Source of the DNA: Comamonadaceae bacterium
Lineage (GTDB): Bacteria > Pseudomonadota > Gammaproteobacteria > Burkholderiales > Burkholderiaceae_C
NCBI GenBank assembly: GCA_947458415.1
Contig: CANGZG010000001.1
Coordinates: 1-37,560 of the forward strand
Direction: 5' to 3'
Length of the DNA stretch: 37,560 nucleotides
Part shown: in pieces, positions 30,708 through 37,560 of the stretch
How the letters are laid out: the number at the start of each line of letters is the position of its first letter
Position numbering within the stretch: the stretch's first letter is position 1
Position numbers and translations under genes: made by a program
The notes under the pieces: generated by a model
Told to the model about the DNA's origin: nothing
Database searches by the model: none
The model's input: the letters and a program-made list of their open reading frames with translations, nothing else

Positions 30708-31379
30708 ATGTTGCAAGGTTTGCGCATTTTGGTCACCCAAGCCGATGTGTTCATGGGGCCGGCGTTGTGCCAAACACTGCAATCACATGGCGCCGTTGTG
30801 TTGGCTGACACATCCTCACTGACCGAGCCAGACGCAGCGTCGGCGTTGGTGAAGCAACATGGCCAAATCGATGTCTTGCTGGTGAATTTGGCTGTGCCTG
30901 CGCCGTCAACACCGGCAGCAGAGGTGGAGGAAGCCGAATGGCAGCGCCTGTTCAACACCATGGTGCATCCCATGCAACGCTTGGTCAAAGCGGTGTTGCC
31001 GCAAATGTTGTCACGCAAACGCGGCAAGATCATCGTCATGGGCAGTGCCAGTGCATTGCGAGGCATGAAGCGCTCATCGAGTTACAGCGCAGCCCGTGGC
31101 GCGCAACTGGCGTATGTGCAAGCTGTCGGTGTTGAATTGGCGCCGCACGGCATACAGGTCAACGCCATCGCGCAAAACTTCGTCGACAACCCCACCTATT
31201 TCCCGCCGCAGTTACAAGCCGACCCCCGGTTCATCGAGCGCTTGAAACGCGAGGTGCCGTTGGGCAGGTTGGTCAAGCCCGAAGAAGACGCCGAGTTCGC
31301 CGCCTACTTGTGCAGCAGCCACGCCGACTGCTTTGTCGGGCAGGTGTTCCCGGTCAGCGGTGGCTGGGCGGTGCGTTAG
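30708..31379 (+). CDS. Halohydrin dehalogenase (HheD-like), SDR fold
   Basis: T-X4-F-X-G (TQADVFMG) replaces the SDR TGxxxGxG motif; S-X12-Y-X3-R (S-ASALRGMKRSSS-Y-SAA-R) replaces YxxxK; NAIAQNFV.NP.YFP. Confidence 0.85.
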   Translation: MLQGLRILVTQADVFMGPALCQTLQSHGAVVLADTSSLTEPDAASALVKQHGQIDVLLVNLAVPAPSTPAAEVEEAEWQRLFNTMVHPMQRLVKAVLPQMLSRKRGKIIVMGSASALRGMKRSSSYSAARGAQLAYVQAVGVELAPHGIQVNAIAQNFVDNPTYFPPQLQADPRFIERLKREVPLGRLVKPEEDAEFAAYLCSSHADCFVGQVFPVSGGWAVR

Positions 31380-32381
31380 TCATTCGGCTTCCAACGCCAC
31401 CAACTGATTGACCAATGCGGTGTGAAAGCGATCGGGGTTTTGCACATGCGGGGCGTGGCCGAGGTCGGGAAACAACACCAGTTGTGCGCCGGGAATGGTT
31501 TTGACGGCTTTGAGTGACAAGGCGCGGTAATTGCCCATGGTGTATTTGATGGGCTCGGATGCCATGTCTCTGCCGATGGCGGTGGTGTCTTTTTCACCGA
31601 TCAACAGCAGCGTGGGCACTTTGATGTTGGGAAATTCGTAGAGCACGGGCTGATGAAAAATCATCACGTAGGCTTGCGCCGAATGTCTTGCCACGGTTTC
31701 TTTACCTGGGCCGCGGTACATGCCAGCGATCATTTGCACCCATGGCTCGTACTCGGGCTTCCATTCGTTGGCGTAATAGGTTTTGCGTTGGTATTGACGC
31801 ATGCGCTCATCGGTTTGGTTCAATTCACGGGCATACCACTGGTCCTCGCTCAGTGTGGGTACACCCAGGGCTTTCCAATCTTCTAAGCCCAAGGGGTTGA
31901 CCATCACCAATTGCGTCACTTCTGACGGGTACATCAGCGCATAACGCGTGGCCAACATGCCACCCATGGAGTGACCGATCACGGTGGCCTTTTCTATCTT
32001 CAGTGACTTCAACAAGGCATGTGTGTTGCTGGCAAGTTCAGCGAAGCTGTATTCGTAATTCAGTGGTTTGCTGGATTTGCAAAACCCCACTTGGTCGGGC
32101 ACGATGACACGCAACCCCGCTTGTTGCAAGACCAGTGCGGTGTCATGCCAAGTGGCCGCGCAAAAATTTTTGCCATGCATCAACACCACGACCGGCGCTT
32201 TGGGCTTGGCGGGTTGGTAATCCAAGTACGCCATTTGCATCGGTTGACGTTGCGCAATGAATTGAAAATACGACACCGGCGCGGGGTAGTCGAAGCCTTG
32301 CAATTCAGGCCCATACACCGGTGCGTCGGCTTGCGCACCGCCGCTGATGGCCAAACAAATCAGCGCAAAGAATTTTTTCAT
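31380..32381 (-). CDS. Exported alpha/beta-fold serine hydrolase
   Basis: Sec signal (AQA), HGKNF, PDQVGF, GHSMGG nucleophile elbow, GHAPH. Confidence 0.88.
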   Translation of the reverse strand: MKKFFALICLAISGGAQADAPVYGPELQGFDYPAPVSYFQFIAQRQPMQMAYLDYQPAKPKAPVVVLMHGKNFCAATWHDTALVLQQAGLRVIVPDQVGFCKSSKPLNYEYSFAELASNTHALLKSLKIEKATVIGHSMGGMLATRYALMYPSEVTQLVMVNPLGLEDWKALGVPTLSEDQWYARELNQTDERMRQYQRKTYYANEWKPEYEPWVQMIAGMYRGPGKETVARHSAQAYVMIFHQPVLYEFPNIKVPTLLLIGEKDTTAIGRDMASEPIKYTMGNYRALSLKAVKTIPGAQLVLFPDLGHAPHVQNPDRFHTALVNQLVALEAE

Positions 32382-32388
32382 GGGGTGT

Positions 32389-33051
32389 TCAAGCTGTTGC
32401 CAGCATGCCTTTGGTTTGGATGAATTTCACCACGCTGTCCAAGCCGCTGAGTGTTTTCAAGTTGGTCATGACAAAAGGTTTGAGGCCTTGTGCGCCGGTG
32501 CGCATGCGTTCGGTATCGGCCTTCATCACCTCCAGATTGGCGCCGACATGCGGGGCCAAATCGGTTTTGTTGATGATGAACAAATCGCTTTTGGTGATGC
32601 CAGGCCCGCCTTTGCGCGGAATTTTTTCGCCGGCCGCCACATCAATCACGTAAATGGTCAGGTCGCTCAGTTCCGGGCTGAAGGTGGCAGCCAGGTTGTC
32701 GCCGCCGCTTTCGACAAACACCACGTCCGCGTTGGGAAATTTTTCCAACATGCGATCGATGGCCTCGAGGTTGATGGAGGCGTCTTCGCGAATCGCCGTG
32801 TGCGGGCAACCACCGGTTTCGACACCCATGATGCGTTCAGCGGGCAGCGCACCGCTGATGGTCAGCAAGCGCTGGTCTTCTTTGGTGTAGATGTCGTTGG
32901 TGATCGCGATCAGGTCGTACTGCTCGCGCATGGCTTTGCACAGCATTTCCAGCAAGGTGGTTTTGCCTGAACCCACCGGGCCGCCGATACCGACGCGCAG
33001 TGGCGGGAGTTTTTTGCTGCGATGGGGAATGTGGTGAAGTGGTGTGCTCAT
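32389..33051 (-). CDS. ureG: Urease accessory GTPase UreG
   Basis: [27 protein letters not shown]. Confidence 0.98.
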   Translation of the reverse strand: MSTPLHHIPHRSKKLPPLRVGIGGPVGSGKTTLLEMLCKAMREQYDLIAITNDIYTKEDQRLLTISGALPAERIMGVETGGCPHTAIREDASINLEAIDRMLEKFPNADVVFVESGGDNLAATFSPELSDLTIYVIDVAAGEKIPRKGGPGITKSDLFIINKTDLAPHVGANLEVMKADTERMRTGAQGLKPFVMTNLKTLSGLDSVVKFIQTKGMLATA

Positions 33052-33746
33052 GATCGGAACAATCTTGAATACTGGGTTTCGTGGCGCGCTGACAAAATGG
33101 CCAAGCGCGGGCTGAAGGCTTGCTGCCCATTGTCAGGCACAGCCAGTGCATGGTCGACCGCCTCTGGAATGGCCCTGCTCAAGGCGGCCAATATGCGTTG
33201 ACCGCTGAGTTGTCCCAGCGGCACCGATTTCAAGGCGGCTTGCACCATGTTCTCTGCCCAGCCAAAGGCACAGCTCAACAAGCCCTGTTGGATTGGAATG
33301 TCTTGGGTTTGCAATGCCAGCGCCATGACCAAGGGCCAAGTGGGCGGCAGTTGTTCGCACAAAGCCATGTCGGTGCCGTTGGCTGAGGGGTGGTTGTGCA
33401 ACCATGCCAGCAGCGAGCGACCCATTTGTTCGGTTTGCAAACGCATCTCATGGGTTTCTCTGGTTTGCAGCACCCATTGGCTGAGCTGTTGTAACTGCGC
33501 GGTGTCATGGCGTTGCCAAGCACGCATGGCTTGGGCCAGCACCGGCCATTCACTGCGTGCTTGGACCAAATGCAATTGGTCGATGAACCATTGAGAGGCG
33601 CTGTGTTCATCGGTGACCAAGCCGTGTTCCACGGCGGCCTCCAGCCCTTCAGAATAAGAAAAACCGCCCACCGGCAAGGCGGGTGAAGCCAATTGCATCA
33701 ACCACAGCAACTGGTGGGCCTGCATGCCATTCGTGTCATGGGTCAT
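33048..33746 (-). CDS. ureF: Urease accessory protein UreF
   Basis: [18 protein letters not shown]; C-terminal [11 protein letters not shown]. Confidence 0.97.
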   Translation of the reverse strand: MTHDTNGMQAHQLLWLMQLASPALPVGGFSYSEGLEAAVEHGLVTDEHSASQWFIDQLHLVQARSEWPVLAQAMRAWQRHDTAQLQQLSQWVLQTRETHEMRLQTEQMGRSLLAWLHNHPSANGTDMALCEQLPPTWPLVMALALQTQDIPIQQGLLSCAFGWAENMVQAALKSVPLGQLSGQRILAALSRAIPEAVDHALAVPDNGQQAFSPRLAILSARHETQYSRLFRS

Positions 33747-33761
33747 GCCATGCGTACCTGC

Positions 33762-34310
33762 TCAGTGGTCATGGTGACAGTCAGGGCCATGCACATGCGG
33801 GTGTGGATGGTGATCGTGTGCGGCGAGATGGGCGTGGCCGTGCGAATGGTTGGCTTGGTCGCCATAGGCACCGCTTTCGGGCTCGAAGGTTTCGTTGACC
33901 TGTGCTACGTGCAAATGCATGGCGCGCAGCATGTCGGCCAACACATGGTCAGGCTCGATTTTCAAATGGTCAACTTGCAACTCGATGGGCACATGCCGGT
34001 TACCCAAGTGATAGGCTGCACGTGTCAGGTCGAACACACTGCCGTGCACGGTGTCGTGGGTGATGCGCAATACCGGTTGCGCCGCCGCTTGCACTTGCAG
34101 CAAAGAGCCGTCTTCGCCAATCAGCACATCACCCCCCCGCACGGTGGTGCCGCGCGGTAAAAACACACCCACGCTGCGTCCTTGGTTGTCGGTGGCTTCG
34201 AACCGGCTTTTTTGTCGGATGTCCCAATCCAGTGTCACGCTGTGCGCGCGTTTGAGCAAAGGTTTGGCCAGACCAGCACCTTGGCGCACGAGTTTTGAAA
34301 AATGGACCAT
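33762..34310 (-). CDS. ureE: Urease nickel chaperone UreE
   Basis: AYHLGNRH, FEPE.GAY, His-rich tail. Confidence 0.97.
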   Translation of the reverse strand: MVHFSKLVRQGAGLAKPLLKRAHSVTLDWDIRQKSRFEATDNQGRSVGVFLPRGTTVRGGDVLIGEDGSLLQVQAAAQPVLRITHDTVHGSVFDLTRAAYHLGNRHVPIELQVDHLKIEPDHVLADMLRAMHLHVAQVNETFEPESGAYGDQANHSHGHAHLAAHDHHPHPHVHGPDCHHDH

Positions 34311-34311
34311 G

Positions 34312-36057
34312 CTAAAACAGGAAATAACGTTGCGTCATGGGCAAACTGCTGGCGGGTTCACAGGTCAGCAATTGGCCGTCGGCACGCACCGCATAAGTTT
34401 GCGGGTCAATCGCCATGTGCGGTGTCAAATCGTTGTGCAGCATGTGCCGTTTGCCAATGCCACGGATGTTTTTCACCGCGCTCAAGGTTTTGTGCAGACC
34501 AAACCGTTCGCCGATGCCAGCGGCCAATCCGGCTTGGGACACAAAGCTGAGCGAGCCACGGTGCAATGCACCACCGAATGCGCCAAACATGGGTCGGTAA
34601 TGCACTGGTTGCGGGGTGGGAATGGATGCATTCGGGTCACCCATGGCGGCCATGGCAATGAAGCCACCTTTCATGATGATGAATGGTTTGACGCCGAAAA
34701 ACGCGGGCTTCCACAACACCAAATCAGCCCATTTGCCCACCTCGATGCTGCCCACCTCGTGGCTGATGCCGTGGGCAATCGCGGGGTTGATGGCCAGTTT
34801 GGACACATAGCGTTTGACACGCGCGTTGTCGTGCCGATCGGTGTCGCCCGGCAGAGGGCCGCGTTGCTGCTTCATTTTGTGGGCGGTCTGCCAGCAACGC
34901 ATGATGACCTCGCCTACGCGCCCCATGGCCTGGCTGTCAGAGCTGAACATGCTGATCGCGCCCAAGTCATGCAAGATGTCTTCGGCTGCGATGGTTTCGC
35001 GACGGATGCGGCTTTCGGCAAATGCCAAATCCTCGGCAATCGATGGGTCCAGGTGATGGCACACCATCAGCATGTCCACATGCTCATCGAGTGTGTTGAT
35101 GGTGTAAGGGCGGGTGGGGTTGGTCGAGGATGGCAACACATTCGCCTCACCCACCACTTTCAAAATGTCCGGTGCATGTCCGCCGCCCGCACCCTCGGTA
35201 TGGAACGTGTGGATGGTGCGGCCTTTGAATGCGGCGATGGTGTCTTCGACAAAACCCGATTCATTCAAGGTGTCGGTGTGGATGGCCACTTGTGTGTCGG
35301 TGGCTTCGGCCACGTTCAAGCAGTTGTCAATCGCTGCAGGCGTGGTGCCCCAGTCTTCATGCAATTTCAGACCGATCGCGCCTGCGTTGATTTGCTCATG
35401 CAATGCGTTTGGCAGCGATGCATTGCCTTTGCCCAAAAAACCCAAGTTCATCGGGAAGGCGTCAGCGGCCTGCAGCATGCGTTCCAAATTCCAAGGCCCC
35501 GGTGTGCAAGTGGTGGCAAATGTCCCCGTGGCTGGGCCGGTGCCGCCACCCAGCATGGTGGTCACGCCACTGGCCAAGGCTTCTTCGATTTGTTGGGGTG
35601 CGATGAAATGAATATGGGTGTCAATCGCGCCGGCTGTCACGATCATGCCTTCGCAAGCAATGATTTCTGTGCCGGGCCCGATGACGATGTCCACGCCGGG
35701 TTGGGTGTCAGGGTTGCCCGCTTTGCCAATCGCAGCAATGCGTGAGTTCTTGATGCCGATGTCTGCTTTGACGATGCCCCAGTGATCGATGATCAATGCA
35801 TTGGTCAACACCGCGTCCATGGCGCCACCGGCTTGTGCGCCGGTGCCAAGTGGTCCGTTGCGTGTGCGCTGCGATTGCGCCATGCCATCGCGTATGGTTT
35901 TGCCGCCGCCGAATTTCACTTCCTCGCCATGGCTGCCGGCGCGCAAGGTGTGATCGTCTTCCACTTGGATGATCAGGTCGGTGTCGGCCAAGCGCACACG
36001 GTCTCCCACCGTCGGGCCGTACATTTCTGCGTAAGCGCGTTTTTCTATGTGTGCCAT
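34312..36057 (-). CDS. ureC: Urease alpha subunit
   Basis: [39 protein letters not shown]. Confidence 0.99.
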   Translation of the reverse strand: MAHIEKRAYAEMYGPTVGDRVRLADTDLIIQVEDDHTLRAGSHGEEVKFGGGKTIRDGMAQSQRTRNGPLGTGAQAGGAMDAVLTNALIIDHWGIVKADIGIKNSRIAAIGKAGNPDTQPGVDIVIGPGTEIIACEGMIVTAGAIDTHIHFIAPQQIEEALASGVTTMLGGGTGPATGTFATTCTPGPWNLERMLQAADAFPMNLGFLGKGNASLPNALHEQINAGAIGLKLHEDWGTTPAAIDNCLNVAEATDTQVAIHTDTLNESGFVEDTIAAFKGRTIHTFHTEGAGGGHAPDILKVVGEANVLPSSTNPTRPYTINTLDEHVDMLMVCHHLDPSIAEDLAFAESRIRRETIAAEDILHDLGAISMFSSDSQAMGRVGEVIMRCWQTAHKMKQQRGPLPGDTDRHDNARVKRYVSKLAINPAIAHGISHEVGSIEVGKWADLVLWKPAFFGVKPFIIMKGGFIAMAAMGDPNASIPTPQPVHYRPMFGAFGGALHRGSLSFVSQAGLAAGIGERFGLHKTLSAVKNIRGIGKRHMLHNDLTPHMAIDPQTYAVRADGQLLTCEPASSLPMTQRYFLF

Positions 36058-36383
36058 CAGTGCTTGCCTTTCAATGCGCCTTGCACTTCACCGCGAAAAC
36101 CGTAAACCTCTCGCCCGCCCGCATAGTCCACCAGTTCAACCGTGCGTTCTTGCCCGGGTTCAAACCGCACGGCGGTGCCTGATGCAATGTTCAAGCGCAT
36201 GCCACTGGCTTGGTGGCGATCGAATTGCAAGCTGTGGTTGGTTTCTGCAAAGTGATAGTGCGAGCCGACTTGGATGGGCCGGTCGCCCGCGTTTTTCACC
36301 AGCAAGGTGCAAGTGCGTCTGCCTGTGTTCAATGCGTGTTGACCGGCGTCGATGAACATCTCGCCTGGAATCATGCGGCTCAT
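36057..36383 (-). CDS. ureB: Urease beta subunit
   Basis: [27 protein letters not shown]. Start at 36383 (ATGA-coupled to the small upstream ORF) or 36374. Confidence 0.97.
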   Translation of the reverse strand: MSRMIPGEMFIDAGQHALNTGRRTCTLLVKNAGDRPIQVGSHYHFAETNHSLQFDRHQASGMRLNIASGTAVRFEPGQERTVELVDYAGGREVYGFRGEVQGALKGKH

Positions 36384-36541
36384 TTGCGGCTTTCCCACCA
36401 AATGCCAGCGAGCACCACCACCAGCACCAGCAGTCCCATGAAATCAGAAGCGTGCGAATGCGGAGAAGGTTCGCCATGACCAGGATGCGCCATGGCCTGT
36501 GTGACGGCGAGCAATGCAAGGGAAGCAAACAACTTCAACAT
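36380..36541 (-). CDS. 53-aa small protein: signal peptide, His-rich segment and one TM helix (UreJ/HupE-like N-terminus)
   Basis: Manual translation [61 protein letters not shown] 7 nt upstream; the stop overlaps the ureB ATG. Confidence 0.8.
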   Translation of the reverse strand: MLKLFASLALLAVTQAMAHPGHGEPSPHSHASDFMGLLVLVVVLAGIWWESRK

Positions 36542-36568
36542 GAGGGGGTCCTTTACAAAATGAGGCGT

Positions 36569-36871
36569 TCAAACAATGGGTTGATGGACAGTGACGAGTT
36601 TGGTGCCATCAGGAAACGTGGCTTCCACTTGAATGTCTGGAATCATGTCGGCGATGCCGTCCATCACATCCGCGCGCGTCAAGATGTTGCGGCCTTCGCT
36701 CATCAATTGCGCGACTGTCTTGCCATCGCGCGCGCCTTCCATGACCGCGGCGCTGATGAATGCCACGGCTTCGGGGTAATTGAGTTTCAAACCCCTGGCC
36801 TTGCGCCGTTCAGCCAACAGCGCGGCAGTGAAGATCAACAGTTTGTCTTTTTCGCGGGGCGTGAGTTCCAT
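36569..36871 (-). CDS. ureA: Urease gamma subunit (100 aa)
   Basis: [11 protein letters not shown]...LNYPEA...[16 protein letters not shown]. The track ORF is over-extended upstream. Confidence 0.98.
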   Translation of the reverse strand: MELTPREKDKLLIFTAALLAERRKARGLKLNYPEAVAFISAAVMEGARDGKTVAQLMSEGRNILTRADVMDGIADMIPDIQVEATFPDGTKLVTVHQPIV

Positions 36872-36913
36872 GGTCTGGGCTGCAAGTGAGTCAATGAACG
36901 TTTCGGATTGTGA

Positions 36914-36929
36914 TGCAAATGGCGTGCCT
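36914..36929 (-). promoter_or_regulatory. Sigma54 (-24/-12) promoter of ureA
   Basis: Minus strand AGGCACGCCATTTGCA (GG-N10-GC), 42 nt upstream of ureA. Confidence 0.8.
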
Positions 36930-36959
36930 TGGGTTGCACCCCTTTGGGGATCAGCAGGT

Positions 36960-37008
36960 CGCATGGTTTTGGTGCAGTTCGCAGCCGATGGTGTGTTGTG
37001 CTGGTGCA
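36960..37008. promoter_or_regulatory. Putative tandem NtrC binding sites
   Basis: CGCATGGTTTTGGTGCA (36960-36976) and TGTGTTGTGCTGGTGCA (36992-37008), with TGGTGCA half-sites 32 bp apart; an extra TGCACC at 36935. Confidence 0.6.
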
Positions 37009-37069
37009 TGGGCACCCCAAAGACAGGCATGAACCCGTTAAAAAGCTTTGATGGGCATCTTTTGCGGCA

Positions 37070-37085
37070 TGGCACAAGGCTTGCA
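37070..37085 (+). promoter_or_regulatory. Sigma54 promoter of urtA
   Basis: TGGCACAAGGCTTGCA, a consensus match (GG-N10-GC). Confidence 0.88.
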
Positions 37086-37151
37086 AAGGCTAAGGGCGCA
37101 GCCCACAAGGCGCGTTTCTTCTAACCCTTGAATTGATTTGGAGCCCATCGC

Positions 37152-37560
37152 ATGTTTAACCGTCGCTTTCATTTGAAAACCCTGGTCGCTGCCGCCGCAG
37201 TCGCCAGCGGATCTTTGTACATGACCGCAGCACAAGCCGCCGACACCATCAAAGTCGGTGTGTTGCACAGCCTCTCGGGCACCATGGCCATTTCTGAAAC
37301 CGTGTTGAAAGACACGGTGCTCATGGCCATTGATGAAATCAACGCCAAAGGTGGCGTGCTGGGCAAAAAGCTCGAGCCCGTGATCGTCGACCCGGCTTCC
37401 AACTGGCCTTTGTTTGCTGAAAAAACCAAACAGTTATTGGGCCAAGACAAAGTGGCCGTGATTTTCGGTTGCTGGACATCGGTGTCACGCAAATCTGTGT
37501 TGCCCGTCGTGGAAGAAATGAACGGCTTGCTGTTCTACCCCGTGCAATACGAAGGTGAAG
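37152..37560 (+). CDS. urtA: Urea ABC transporter substrate-binding protein (partial, runs off the window)
   Basis: Not in the ORF track. Manual translation [11 protein letters not shown]...[17 protein letters not shown]...[12 protein letters not shown]...[14 protein letters not shown]...[11 protein letters not shown]. Confidence 0.95.
   Translation, partial: MFNRRFHLKTLVAAAAVASGSLYMTAAQAADTIKVGVLHSLSGTMAISETVLKDTVLMAIDEINAKGGVLGKKLEPVIVDPASNWPLFAEKTKQLLGQDKVAVIFGCWTSVSRKSVLPVVEEMNGLLFYPVQYEGE

Noticed and set aside
33762-33850. His-codon repeats at the end of ureE
   Set aside because: Ordinary UreE nickel-binding His tail.
34051-35745. 564-aa plus-strand ORF
   Set aside because: Antisense to ureC/ureE; a shadow ORF with no motifs or RBS.
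36872-37108. 79-aa upstream extension of UreA, considered as a possible ureD remnant
   Set aside because: No UreD-like motifs; the region is explained by the sigma54 promoters and NtrC-like sites.

Overview
A betaproteobacterial region (Comamonadaceae, Limnohabitans-like by inference from gene content). About 1-25,100 is part of an anoxygenic photosynthesis gene cluster: acsF fragments, puhCBA, lhaA, bchMLBNF, ppaA/aerR-ppsR, bchGP, a wHTH plus membrane-protein pair, bchODIH, tspO, HiPIP and dxs, with several PpsR-type TGT-N12-ACA operators. It is followed by a split TRAP transporter, a GAF-Fis regulator without an AAA+ domain, a Fluc/CrcB fluoride channel, a DUF6172-like protein, an SDR-fold protein carrying halohydrin-dehalogenase motifs, an exported alpha/beta hydrolase, a urease operon (ureABCEFG, no ureD in the window) and the start of urtA, with divergent sigma54 promoters. 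Main surprises: (1) a truncated acsF joined to the start of a second, diverged acsF; (2) bchH moved out of bchFNBHLM into a bchHIDO operon that ends in an uncharacterised wHTH/membrane pair; (3) a halohydrin dehalogenase unit divergent from a fluoride channel; (4) an unannotated 53-aa His-rich protein in the ureJ position; (5) a second recurring DNA motif beside the PpsR boxes. All calls come from reading the sequence and motifs; no database searches were run.
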